The notes: generated from the letters alone by a model not told the origin. A stretch of 32,000 nucleotides of DNA from Ignicoccus hospitalis KIN4/I (GCF_000017945.1 NC_009776.1:900001-932000); one strand, 5' to 3'. Numbered from the stretch's first letter, positions 16,103 through 24,881 are shown. Translations and numbers: made by a program.

Positions 16103-18298
16103 GTGAAGTTCGAAATGCTCGAAAGGGGCTCCGCGCCGACGCTGCTACTCATAGGGATTGCCTTATTCATACTTGCCATCATATCCTCGATTATATTTGA
16201 ATTGCTCAGGGTCCACGAGACGCACTCAATTAAGGTCGTCCAAGGCTTGGAGAACTTCGTGCCCTTGAAGGGCTGCGACCTCCACCTCAAGAGTTACAAG
16301 TATACAACCTTGAAAAAGGTAGGAAAGGGGCTCTTGATTTTAACCTTCCTAAAGCCTTCGACTCACATAATAGTAACTGAGAGGTGCCCCCTAGCCGACG
16401 TTACCTACGATATAGAGGTGACGCCCAACGTATACTCCTACGGTCCGGTGTCAGTCAACGTGTTGAAAGTCGGGAGCTACACGAAGGTTATCTTTGGGTA
16501 CGACTGCTCCGGCTGTAAGGTCAAGTACTCGGTCCGGGGAGGGGGAGTGGCCAGCAAGGAGGAGCTCCCCGGGCTGTTGGCCCTCACCGTAGTGGGCAAC
16601 GCGACGATAGAGTTCAAGCTCCTCGACGATAAGGGCTCCCTCAAGGGCTACGCTAAGGTCTATCCCTATAGCGACTCCGACGGGGACGGGCTGAGCAGCT
16701 TCCTAGAGGTTTTGAAGGGTAGCAGCGATAAGAAGGTTGATACCGACGGGGACGGGGTCGGCGACTACGAGGAGGCGGTGGTTTACAACACCGACCCCTC
16801 CAAGCCGGATACGGACGGGGATGGCTTAAGCGACAAGGTCGAGCTCGTCCTCAAGACCAGCCCGACGAGCCCGGACACGGACGGCGACGGCTTGACGGAC
16901 GGCAAGGAGGTCTCCCTCAAGACCGACCCCTGGAACCCGGACTCCGACGACGACGGCCTGAGCGACGGGGAAGAGCTGGTTTACGGCACCAACCCCTTGA
17001 GCCCCGACACGGACAAAGACGGCTTGGACGACGGGGAGGAGGTGTTGAAGTACAAGTGCGACCCCTCCAAGCCGGATACCGACGGGGACGGCCTAAGCGA
17101 TTATAAGGAAGCGAAGCTGGGCACCGACCCCACTTCGGAGGACACCGATAAGGACGGCTTGGACGACGCGAAGGAGCTTTCCTTAGGGACGAGCCCTACT
17201 TCCGCCGACACGGACGGGGACGGGTTGAACGACTCGGAGGAGCTGGAAGCGGGCTTGGACCCGAAGGACCCCGACGTGGACAACGACGGTTTGCCGGACG
17301 GCAAGGAGCTCAAACTGGGCACGGACCCCAAGGACCCGGACACGGACGACGACGGACTCCCCGACGGCAAGGAGGCGAAGTTGGGTTCGGACCCCTTCAA
17401 GGAAGATACCGACGGGGACGGGTTGAAGGACGGGGAGGAGGCGGAGCTCTGCTCCTCTCCCACTTCCTTAGACACCGACGGCGACGGGGTGCCGGACGCG
17501 AAGGAGGTGGAGCTGAAGACCTCCCCGTGCGAAAGGGACACCGACGGCGACGGGCTGGACGACGGAATAGAGCTGAGGCTCGGCACCGACCCCCGGAACC
17601 CGGACACGGACAAGGACGGCCTGCCGGACGGGGCCGACTACAAGCTGGCCGACCCCTTCGACTACGACACTGACGATGACGGCATACCAGACGGGAAGGA
17701 GTACGAGCTGGGCACGGACCCCAAGAGCGGCGACAGCGACCACGACGGCTTGAGCGACCTCGAGGAGCTTCGAATGGGGACCGACCCGACCAGCCCCGAC
17801 ACCGATGAGGACGGCTTGAACGACTACTACGAGTACGAGCGCGGCTTGGACCCTAGGTCCTCCGACACGGACGGGGACGGGTTGGGCGACGGGAGGGAGC
17901 TGGAGTTGGGCACCGACCCCAAGGACCCGGACAGCGACGGCGACGGCGTTCCGGACGGGGAGGACCGGTGCCCGCTGAGCCCGAACGTGGGCGAGGTTAT
18001 CCTAAGGGTCCCCGAGCCCTTCGAAATAGACCGGGCTTGCGTCGAGGGGGAGTGTGACAGCAAGGCCTTTGATAGGGACATATACGTCTTCGAGCTCTCC
18101 TCCAGTCCCCCTGAGGTGTACGTCAAGGCTAAGATAATGTTGTGCAAGTACAGGACGATATTCAACATATGCGTGGACGCCGACTACTGGGGGGTGGAGG
18201 GGCGCGTGGGGAGGGACGAGAGCGCGAACTTGTGCGTCTGGACGGACCTCTTCCGGTACGTGTGCGTTACGGTGACCTACAAGAGCGTCTGTCCGTGA
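16103..18298 (+). CDS. Membrane-anchored acidic surface protein with 20 thrombospondin type-3-like Ca-binding repeats and a Cys-rich C-terminal domain
   Basis: N-terminal TM APTLLLIGIALFILAIISSIIF. About 150 aa of beta-rich domain. 20 tandem units of 22-24 aa built on D-[TSV]-D-x-D-G-[LVI]-x-D, the most conserved adding E and LGTDP to give DTDGDGLxDxxE..LGTDPxxP. The last unit, DSDGDGVPDGEDRCPLSPN, matches the TSP3 DxDxDGxxDxxDxCP form. The C-terminal ~110 aa contain 10 Cys. An alternative ATG start lies at 16115. Confidence 0.85.
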   Translation: MKFEMLERGSAPTLLLIGIALFILAIISSIIFELLRVHETHSIKVVQGLENFVPLKGCDLHLKSYKYTTLKKVGKGLLILTFLKPSTHIIVTERCPLADVTYDIEVTPNVYSYGPVSVNVLKVGSYTKVIFGYDCSGCKVKYSVRGGGVASKEELPGLLALTVVGNATIEFKLLDDKGSLKGYAKVYPYSDSDGDGLSSFLEVLKGSSDKKVDTDGDGVGDYEEAVVYNTDPSKPDTDGDGLSDKVELVLKTSPTSPDTDGDGLTDGKEVSLKTDPWNPDSDDDGLSDGEELVYGTNPLSPDTDKDGLDDGEEVLKYKCDPSKPDTDGDGLSDYKEAKLGTDPTSEDTDKDGLDDAKELSLGTSPTSADTDGDGLNDSEELEAGLDPKDPDVDNDGLPDGKELKLGTDPKDPDTDDDGLPDGKEAKLGSDPFKEDTDGDGLKDGEEAELCSSPTSLDTDGDGVPDAKEVELKTSPCERDTDGDGLDDGIELRLGTDPRNPDTDKDGLPDGADYKLADPFDYDTDDDGIPDGKEYELGTDPKSGDSDHDGLSDLEELRMGTDPTSPDTDEDGLNDYYEYERGLDPRSSDTDGDGLGDGRELELGTDPKDPDSDGDGVPDGEDRCPLSPNVGEVILRVPEPFEIDRACVEGECDSKAFDRDIYVFELSSSPPEVYVKAKIMLCKYRTIFNICVDADYWGVEGRVGRDESANLCVWTDLFRYVCVTVTYKSVCP
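16673..17965 (+). repeat. In-frame tandem coding repeats (about 66-72 nt units, x20) encoding the TSP3-like motifs
   Basis: Recurrent gacaccgacggggacggc-type cores at regular ~69-nt spacing. Units have diverged at the DNA level and are not identical copies. Confidence 0.85.
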
Positions 18299-18358
18299 GC
18301 TCCGAGCGCCCACAAACCCTCATAGAGATCCGGTTCGGAACCGGCTTAGGCGAGGCCC

Positions 18359-19921
18359 TTGAACGCGCTTAAGGCCTTCGTTATAATGGTAGCGTTGAGC
18401 GCAATAACCTTGGCACAGCTGAAGGAGGTGAGCGACGGGGTCTGGGCCCTCGAGGTCGAGGGGAAGAAGAGCGTGAAGGTTAAGTTGCGCTTCGAGCACG
18501 AGTGGACCTTCGTGGCCTACACCGAAGAGCTCTGCGACGGCAAGCCCCACTGGCTCTTCCAAGTGATCAAGGACTTCCCGGAGGACATGCCTTGCTTGAG
18601 GGAAGGCGAGCCCCGCTGCCTCAAGGCCTTCACCGGCTCCTCCCCGTTGGCGAGGCCCAAGGAGTGGGTCGTGGTGATGAGAGGGGGAGAGTGGTACTGG
18701 TGCGACGGCTGGAAGAAGGGGGGCTACGCGGAGCTCCACGCGGACGTTGCGCTCCCGAAGGTCAAGCCCCTCTACTTGGTGGTCTCCGCGGCGGAGGTCG
18801 GGGGGTGGAGCGAGTACTCCCAAGCCTTCTACGACGCGTACTTGGTAATAAAGGTGTATGACATAAGCGGCTCCGAGCCAGCGACGGTCAAGGAAGTCTA
18901 CTTGGGCGACGACAACCCCGGCTGGTTGGAGGTAAAGTTAGACCTCTCGAAGTACGCCGGCCACAAGGTGAGGATATCCATAGGCCCCAAGGCAGGGGGG
19001 CACGTGCAAGCTTGCGCGGGCTGCACCGGCACTTGGGACGGCGAGGATGTGGGGATCGACTACGTGGAGATAGTTGACGGAAAGGGGAGGAAGGTGTTCT
19101 TCGAGGGCTTCTCCTTGGAAAGACACAGCCCCCCTCCCGCGGCCGGAGGGGGCTTGGTGGCGCGCTACTCCTTCGACGGCTGCAGCTTGAAGGACTTCAG
19201 CGGCAACGGGCACCACTTGAGGGTTCTCAAGGGCGAGTTCGCTTGCGTCCCGGGCCCCCGCGGGGAGGCCGCTTGGTTCGACGGCTCCACAGCTCTGGCC
19301 AGCGAAGACTTCTCTTGGAGCTCCGACAGCTTCACTATAGTTTACTTGGTCAGGTTCGACAAGCCCTACGAGGGTTGGCTGGTGACCCTCGTGAGGGGGA
19401 AGGACTCCTCCGACTTCGCGGATCCGGGCGAGCACGGCTTCGCCTTGCAGTTCCACGTAAGGGACTACGACAGTGCCGAGATAGAGGCGGTCCCCCACTT
19501 GAGGCTCACCGGCTATGATAGCTACTTCGCGAGGGACTTGGGCGTCACCTTGAAGTTCCGGAGGGGGGCTTGGACCTTCGTCGCGGCCACATACGACGGC
19601 AGCAACTTCGCGCTCTACGTCAACGGCGTCAAGGTGTACGAGGGGTACGTGGGGAAGGTGACTCTCAGCAAGGAGCCCATGCCCTTGCTCTTGGGCTACG
19701 ACCCCCAAGGTTTAACGGAGTACTTAATAGGAGCCTTGGACGAGGTAATGGTTTACGACAGGGCCTTGAGCGAGGGCGAGGTCGAAGCACTCTACCGGGC
19801 GCTCCTCTTCGGCGGAGCCCCTCAAGCGCCCCCGCGCCCCTCCCCGGTGGTCGCCCTCATAACCGGGACCGTGACCATAATCCCGTGGAAACCGGTCACG
19901 GTGACGGTCGTAAGTAGGTAA
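18359..19921 (+). CDS. Secreted protein with C-terminal LamG/concanavalin-A-like lectin domain (Laminin_G_3 type)
   Basis: Signal-like (M)NALKAFVIMVALSAITLAQ. LamG_3 hallmarks: LVARYSFDG...DFSGNGHH, WTFVAATYDGSNFALYVNGV and LIGALDEVMVYDRALSEGEVEALY. Pro-rich linker and hydrophobic C-terminal tail. Start uncertain (TTG 18359 or ATG 18386). Confidence 0.8.
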   Translation: MNALKAFVIMVALSAITLAQLKEVSDGVWALEVEGKKSVKVKLRFEHEWTFVAYTEELCDGKPHWLFQVIKDFPEDMPCLREGEPRCLKAFTGSSPLARPKEWVVVMRGGEWYWCDGWKKGGYAELHADVALPKVKPLYLVVSAAEVGGWSEYSQAFYDAYLVIKVYDISGSEPATVKEVYLGDDNPGWLEVKLDLSKYAGHKVRISIGPKAGGHVQACAGCTGTWDGEDVGIDYVEIVDGKGRKVFFEGFSLERHSPPPAAGGGLVARYSFDGCSLKDFSGNGHHLRVLKGEFACVPGPRGEAAWFDGSTALASEDFSWSSDSFTIVYLVRFDKPYEGWLVTLVRGKDSSDFADPGEHGFALQFHVRDYDSAEIEAVPHLRLTGYDSYFARDLGVTLKFRRGAWTFVAATYDGSNFALYVNGVKVYEGYVGKVTLSKEPMPLLLGYDPQGLTEYLIGALDEVMVYDRALSEGEVEALYRALLFGGAPQAPPRPSPVVALITGTVTIIPWKPVTVTVVSR

Positions 19922-19929
19922 AAAAGATT

Positions 19930-20583
19930 TTAGAGGTACAACACGCCGGCCAGCAACAACACGTCGCTTATTATCCTCAGCACGTACCACGTGTTCAGCA
20001 TCGGGGTCCCCTTCCAAGCCGCGTACAAGGGCAGTATCGCCGCGTACACCAAGAAGCTCAGGCCGAGCAGCAGCCCGCCGAGCACCTTGAGTTTGTAGTA
20101 TATCTGAAAGCCCGCGGCGGCGGCAACCAAGCTCCCGGGGATCAAGAAGACCCACTGGGCCAGCGCGAAGAAGGGGTGCTTCACGTCCTCCGCGACCCAG
20201 ACGCAGTAAAGCCTCAGCGCCAAGAACGCCAAGGCTCCTACCGCAGCGTAAACCTTAACGTATTCCGCTACCTTGCTCTTCAACAAGTCTTTTACGAGCT
20301 GTGATATTACCATCAAGGACAAGGCCATGAAAGACGCCACCAACACGTTCCTCAAGCTCTCGAACACCTTGTAATTGACGTCCTTCACGAACTTAGCCAT
20401 CTCGTAGTTGTACTCTTGCCTTATCCAGCTCAAGACGGTGCCGCCCAGCGTGTGGGCCAAGGCGTAGGTGAGCACCCCGAGCCCGAAGTACAAGGCGGCC
20501 TTGTCCTTGGACTTCGCGTAAAAGTAGAGGAGCGCCGCCGCTATGGCGTACTCTATCAAAGAGCTGACCTCGGCCGCGATCAT
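19930..20583 (-). CDS. Integral membrane protein (about 7 TM), function unknown
   Basis: 217 aa with seven hydrophobic segments spaced regularly. No motif recognised. Convergent with the LamG gene. Confidence 0.6.
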   Translation of the reverse strand: MIAAEVSSLIEYAIAAALLYFYAKSKDKAALYFGLGVLTYALAHTLGGTVLSWIRQEYNYEMAKFVKDVNYKVFESLRNVLVASFMALSLMVISQLVKDLLKSKVAEYVKVYAAVGALAFLALRLYCVWVAEDVKHPFFALAQWVFLIPGSLVAAAAGFQIYYKLKVLGGLLLGLSFLVYAAILPLYAAWKGTPMLNTWYVLRIISDVLLLAGVLYL

Positions 20584-20716
20584 GGTCCTTTCAAGAACGT
20601 TCTCTTTATGCCTACTAATTTGGGTATGGTTCCCTTTGCGAAACAGAACGGTACCGGACGGTCAAGGTTGCCGATATATAGACGCGCGCGAAGGCGTAGC
20701 TTGAGGACTGGCGCCC

Positions 20717-22570
20717 TTGAGCGAGTTCAAGCTCCTCCGCGTGAACTTGAGCTCCCAAAAGGTTAGGGAGGAGAGAGTAGACGAGAAGACCTTGAGGAGG
20801 TTCTTGGGCGGAAGGGGGCTGGGCGCCTACTTGGCCTTGAAGGAGATACCCAAGGGCGCCGACCCCCTGGGCCCGGAGAACAAGCTCTTCATCATGTCCG
20901 GCCCCGTAACTGGCACTGCAGAGGGCTTCGAGGCCGGGAGGACCCACTTCGTGGGCAAGAGCCCCCTGACGGGCCTCTTGGGAGAGAGCAACATGGGCGG
21001 GCGCTTCGCCCCTTGGATGAGGTACTCCGGCTACGACGGGATAGTGCTGGAGGGCAAGTCCGACGAGCCCGTCTGGATAAGCGTAATTGATGGGGAGGTG
21101 AAGTTCCACAGCGCCAAGGAGGTTTGGGGGAGGGGCACCCACTACACGGAGTACTACGTGAAGAAGCAGCTAAACGCCAAGCCCAACGAAGGGGCCGTGT
21201 TGGCCATAGGGCCCGCCGGGGAGAACGGGGTCCGCTTCGCCAGCTTGATCCACGCCGGCGGGAGGGCCGGCGGGAGGACGGGCCTGGGCGCAGTGATGGG
21301 CTCTAAAAAGGTCAAGGCGATTTACGTGTACGGCACTAGGAAGCCCGAGGTGGTCGACGAGGAGAGGTTCAAGAAGGGGGTGGAACACCTCAAAGAGAAG
21401 ATAGGCAACCACCCGGTCAAGAAGGCCTTGAACAGCTACGGCACGGCCGTCTTGGTGAACATCATCAACAAGATAGGCGCCCTCCCCACCAAGAACTGGA
21501 GGAAGGGGACCTTCGAGAAGGCCGAAGAGATAAGCGGGGAGAGGATGGCGGAGAAGTACTTGGTCAAGACCAGGGGGTGCTGGGGCTGTCAGATAGAGTG
21601 CGGGAGGCTGGTCAAGACCTACTCCCCGGAGTGGGGAGTGCCGGAGGGCTCCAAGGGGCCGGAGTACGAGACCATATTCGCTATAGGCTCCAACTTGGAG
21701 CTCTCCAACTTGGAGGCCATAATTAGGATAAACCACGTTCTGAACGACCTGGGAATGGATACTATAGAGTTCGGGAACACGGTTGCTGTACTCATGGAGT
21801 TGTACGAGAGGGCCGAAGAGCTCGGCGAGAAGTCCGAGGAACTGAAGAAGCTCTTGGACGGCCTCAGGCCGGTTTGGGGGGTGCCCAACCCGGTGTTGGA
21901 GCTCGCCTACAAGGTCGCCAACAGGGACGGCATAGGCAACGTCATGGCTAACGGCGCGAAGGCCTTGGCGGAGGCCTTCGGCTGCGACTGCGTGGCCGAG
22001 GCGAGGGGCATGAGCTTGCCGGCCTACGACCCCAGGGCTATAAAGGCTATGGCATTGGCCTACGCCACCTCCAACAGGGGAGGGTGCCACTTGAGGGCCT
22101 ACGCGGTGAGCTTCGAGGTGTTAGGCATACCAGTCAAGACCGACCCGCTTGAGGTAAACAAGGAGAAGGCTAAGATGGTGAAGGAGCAGCAAGACTTCTT
22201 CGCCTCCATAGACAGCATGATAGTGTGTAAGTTCAACACCTTCATGACCCCCTCGCCGGAGGACTACGTGGACTTGTTGGCCGGAGTTACGGGCTGGGAC
22301 GTAACTGCGGACGAGATAATGGAGATAGGCGAGAGGATATACAACGTGGAGAGGCTGTTCAACGTCCGCGAGGGCGACCCCGGAGACTACTTGAGCAAGA
22401 GGCTGTTGGAAGAGGCCCTCCCCGACGGCCCAGCGAAGGGGGAGACCGCGAAGGAGGCCTTGGAGGTCATGCTCCCGGCCTACTACGAGTACAGAGGGTG
22501 GGAGGACGGCAAGCCCACAGAGGAGACCTTGAAGAGGTTAGGCCTCCAAGAGTTCCTCTACATAATATAA
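20717..22570 (+). CDS. aor: Tungsten-containing aldehyde:ferredoxin oxidoreductase (AOR family)
   Basis: 617 aa. AOR N-domain LLRVNLS...GGRGLGAYL, pterin-binding EYETIFAIGSNL, 4Fe-4S ligands in GCWGCQIECGR plus DSMIVCKF, and the C-terminal YYEYRGWDE-like YYEYRGWEDG. TATA-like gatatatag lies ~40 nt upstream. Confidence 0.93.
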   Translation: MSEFKLLRVNLSSQKVREERVDEKTLRRFLGGRGLGAYLALKEIPKGADPLGPENKLFIMSGPVTGTAEGFEAGRTHFVGKSPLTGLLGESNMGGRFAPWMRYSGYDGIVLEGKSDEPVWISVIDGEVKFHSAKEVWGRGTHYTEYYVKKQLNAKPNEGAVLAIGPAGENGVRFASLIHAGGRAGGRTGLGAVMGSKKVKAIYVYGTRKPEVVDEERFKKGVEHLKEKIGNHPVKKALNSYGTAVLVNIINKIGALPTKNWRKGTFEKAEEISGERMAEKYLVKTRGCWGCQIECGRLVKTYSPEWGVPEGSKGPEYETIFAIGSNLELSNLEAIIRINHVLNDLGMDTIEFGNTVAVLMELYERAEELGEKSEELKKLLDGLRPVWGVPNPVLELAYKVANRDGIGNVMANGAKALAEAFGCDCVAEARGMSLPAYDPRAIKAMALAYATSNRGGCHLRAYAVSFEVLGIPVKTDPLEVNKEKAKMVKEQQDFFASIDSMIVCKFNTFMTPSPEDYVDLLAGVTGWDVTADEIMEIGERIYNVERLFNVREGDPGDYLSKRLLEEALPDGPAKGETAKEALEVMLPAYYEYRGWEDGKPTEETLKRLGLQEFLYII

Positions 22571-22578
22571 AATTTTAT

Positions 22579-22830
22579 TTACTTGTTGAAGTATAAGGTC
22601 GCCAACACCGCGTATATCGCAGAGGTCGCGGCCGAGGTGGCGCAGGCCCCCGCGCAAGCGGGGCAGCAGAAGAGGCAAGCTAGGTAGCCCCCAAGCCCGC
22701 CGAAGAGCGCGGCGACCGGGGCCCCCTTCGAGAAGGGCCCGGCGAGGCCTAGGGCTTGGGCGAGGAGGAGGGCGGTTAGGAAGCTTAAGGCTAGGGGGAG
22801 CAAGTAGCTCAAGCCCCTCCCTCGCTCCAA
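22579..22830 (-). CDS. Small Cys-rich membrane protein (83 aa)
   Basis: Hydrophobic throughout, with 3 predicted TM segments. Cysteine cluster YLACLFCCPACAGACATS. TTG start. Convergent with aor, separated by an 8-nt T-rich spacer. Confidence 0.45.
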   Translation of the reverse strand: MERGRGLSYLLPLALSFLTALLLAQALGLAGPFSKGAPVAALFGGLGGYLACLFCCPACAGACATSAATSAIYAVLATLYFNK

Positions 22831-22877
22831 ACTTTTCTAAGCTTTCGATAATTAGTTAACGTCCCGGAGCTGGGCGC

Positions 22878-24122
22878 TTGGAGGGAAGGAGCTCAGTGCG
22901 GGCCAAGCTTCGCTGCGTCCGGTGCGGGGCCGAGTACGACGTACAGCCCAAGATGTTCTCGTGCCCCAAGTGCGGGGGCTTGCTGGAGGTGGTAATAGAG
23001 CCGGAGGAGCTGCCCCCCTTCTCTGAGTTCACCAAGAGGAGCAGGATGAAGGGGATATGGCGGTTCGCGGAGCTCCTCCCGGTCAAGAGCGGTTCCCCAG
23101 TAACGATGGGCGAGGGCAATACCCCCCTCATAAGGTTGGAGAAGCTGGAGAAGGTGATAGGCGTAAGGAGGCTGTACGCGAAGTTCGAAGGGGCCAACCC
23201 TACGGGCTCCTTTAAGGACAGGGGCATGAGCCTGGCGGTGACCGTAGCCAAGGAGGTTAAGGCCAGAGCGGTTGTGGCAGCCTCCACTGGCAACACGGCT
23301 GCTTCCGCTGCCGCCTACTCGGCCAGGGCGGGGCTCAAGACGTTCTTGATACTCCCGAGCGGCAAGGTGGCCTTGGGCAAGCTGGCCCAGAGCTTGTTGC
23401 ACGGGGCGGTGGTGGTCGAGCTGGAGGGGAACTTCGACGCGGCCTTGGAGGCGGTCAAGGAGCTGGCCAAGATGCCGGAGTTTTACCCGTTGAACTCCTT
23501 CAACCCTTGGAGGCTCGAGGGTCAGAAGACCTTGGCCTTCGAGCTGTTCGAAGAAATAGGGGTCCCGGACGTGGTCGTGGTGCCCGTGGGCAACGCGGGC
23601 AACATATCCGCCATATGGAAGGGATTCAAGGAGTTGAAGGAGTTCGGCTACTCCGAGGCCTTGCCCAAGATGGTCGGGGTCCAAGCGGAGGGGGCCTCGC
23701 CCATAGCCTCCGCCTTCAAGGCCGGGCTGAACGCCCCGCTCTTCACCGACTCGCCCGAGACCGTGGCCACTGCAATAAGGATAGGGAAGCCCGTGAACTG
23801 GATGAAGGCTTGGAAGGCCGTGACGGAGTCCGGGGGAACCTTCGAGGTAGTTTCGGACTCTGAAATCATAAGGGCCCAAAGGCTCCTCGCGAGGGAGGAG
23901 GGCGTGGCGGCCGAGCCGGCGGGCGCGGCGAGCTTGGCCGGGGTGGTGAGGCTGGCCTCTGAGGGCTACTTCAACGGGGACGAAGTGGTAACCGTGGTGG
24001 TCACGGGCCACGGGCTGAAGGACCCGGACAGCGTGAAGTTCCACCCCGCGAACAAGCTGACGGCCTTGAACGTAGAGGACGCGGTGGAGAAGGTCGTAAG
24101 CGCGTTGAAGGTGGTCGCTTGA
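22878..24122 (+). CDS. thrC: Threonine synthase (archaeal type with N-terminal zinc ribbon)
   Basis: CVRCGAEY...FSCPKCGG zinc ribbon, PLP-lysine motif NPTGSFKDRG, glycine loop PVGNAGNISA and C-terminal TGHGLKD. Confidence 0.93.
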   Translation: MEGRSSVRAKLRCVRCGAEYDVQPKMFSCPKCGGLLEVVIEPEELPPFSEFTKRSRMKGIWRFAELLPVKSGSPVTMGEGNTPLIRLEKLEKVIGVRRLYAKFEGANPTGSFKDRGMSLAVTVAKEVKARAVVAASTGNTAASAAAYSARAGLKTFLILPSGKVALGKLAQSLLHGAVVVELEGNFDAALEAVKELAKMPEFYPLNSFNPWRLEGQKTLAFELFEEIGVPDVVVVPVGNAGNISAIWKGFKELKEFGYSEALPKMVGVQAEGASPIASAFKAGLNAPLFTDSPETVATAIRIGKPVNWMKAWKAVTESGGTFEVVSDSEIIRAQRLLAREEGVAAEPAGAASLAGVVRLASEGYFNGDEVVTVVVTGHGLKDPDSVKFHPANKLTALNVEDAVEKVVSALKVVA

Positions 24123-24463
24123 GGCCTCCCAAGCTCTTCCTCCTCCTCTCCTACGCGCTGATCTTCGCTTCCCTCCTCTCCGGCCCCCTCTTCTGGGCCC
24201 TCTTCGCCTCCGGCGCGCTCCTCGCAGTCCTCTCCTACGCGGCCTTGGTCCTAGAGCTTAAAGCGGAGGTCAAGTGGAGGGAGCTGGAGCTGGCCTCCCG
24301 AAGGGTGGAGTCCCTTGCTGGTGGGCCTTCCCGAGGGCTTGGAGGGCTATCGGGTCCTAGAGAGGGTGGACGTGATAGTCCTCGGGGAATTCGAGGGGGA
24401 GAGAGAGCTGGAGCTGAGGGCGCTCTTGGAGGTGTTAGAAGGGGTGGGGACGAGGAGGGTTAG
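24119..24463 (+). CDS. Possible small 2-TM protein; only the first ~65 aa look genuine
   Basis: The TTG start overlaps the thrC TGA (TTGA). The N-terminus KLFLLLSYALIFASLLSGPLFWALFASGALLAVLSYAALVL is a TM hairpin. After ~24310 the frame becomes Gly/Arg-rich while the overlapping frame (24315..24881) becomes protein-like. Confidence 0.3.
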   Translation: MRPPKLFLLLSYALIFASLLSGPLFWALFASGALLAVLSYAALVLELKAEVKWRELELASRRVESLAGGPSRGLGGLSGPREGGRDSPRGIRGGERAGAEGALGGVRRGGDEEG

Positions 24464-24881
24464 GACCCCGTGGGCGGGCGAGGGCTTGGTGATACCGCCG
24501 TGGAGGAAGAGGAGGGACTGGAGGACCAAGCTTTTGCCCTACGAGGTCGAGGGGGACTTCGAGCTGTTGCTCTGGTTTCAAAGCCCCCACCCGTGCGGAG
24601 GGGTGCCGGACATCATGATATCCCCTCCCCCCTGGGAGCTCAAGGGAGGGGTGCTCAAGTTCTCCGGCTCCCCCGCTTGGAGGCTCCCCCAAGAGCCCTT
24701 GGGGTGGAGGCCGGAGGTCGTGGTGGAGGTGAAGAGGAGGCCTAAGAGCTGCAAGAAGTACCTTGCCCCGGTGAGGATAATGGCGGTGCAAGAGCCGGGG
24801 GAAGCGGAGGGCTGGGAGGTGGTTAGGTTAGGGGAGCTGGGGAGGAGGGTGAGGGAAGTGTTAGAAGAGCGTTGGCACTAG
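24315..24881 (+). CDS. Hypothetical protein (188 aa), possible PD-(D/E)xK-like motif
   Basis: Protein-like composition. GVPDIMIS ... EVVVEVKRR could be a PD...ExK nuclease-fold signature, though the spacing is longer than typical. The 3-prime end overlaps the convergent SDR gene by 21 nt. Confidence 0.45.
   Translation: MLVGLPEGLEGYRVLERVDVIVLGEFEGERELELRALLEVLEGVGTRRVRTPWAGEGLVIPPWRKRRDWRTKLLPYEVEGDFELLLWFQSPHPCGGVPDIMISPPPWELKGGVLKFSGSPAWRLPQEPLGWRPEVVVEVKRRPKSCKKYLAPVRIMAVQEPGEAEGWEVVRLGELGRRVREVLEERWH

Noticed and set aside
17101-17613. 170-aa Ser/Pro-rich minus-strand ORF with its own apparent repeats
   Set aside because: Its periodicity is simply the mirror image of the TSP3-like coding repeats on the + strand.
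16673-17965. Regular ~69-nt DNA periodicity, considered as a second CRISPR-like or satellite repeat
   Set aside because: The units are contiguous with no unique spacers. They are in frame and encode the conserved D-x-D-x-D-G calcium-binding motif, so this is a coding tandem repeat.
18938-19708. 256-aa minus-strand ORF opposite the LamG-domain gene
   Set aside because: Antisense composition. The + strand carries clear LamG_3 signatures.
21170-22090. 306-aa minus-strand ORF opposite the AOR gene (also 20615..21142)
   Set aside because: Antisense shadow ORF with Pro/Gly/Arg/Leu-rich sequence and no motifs. The + strand AOR call is strong.
22893-24044. 383-aa minus-strand ORF opposite thrC
   Set aside because: Composition is dominated by R, G, P, L and H, typical of an antisense frame in GC-rich coding DNA. 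The + strand encodes an unmistakable threonine synthase.
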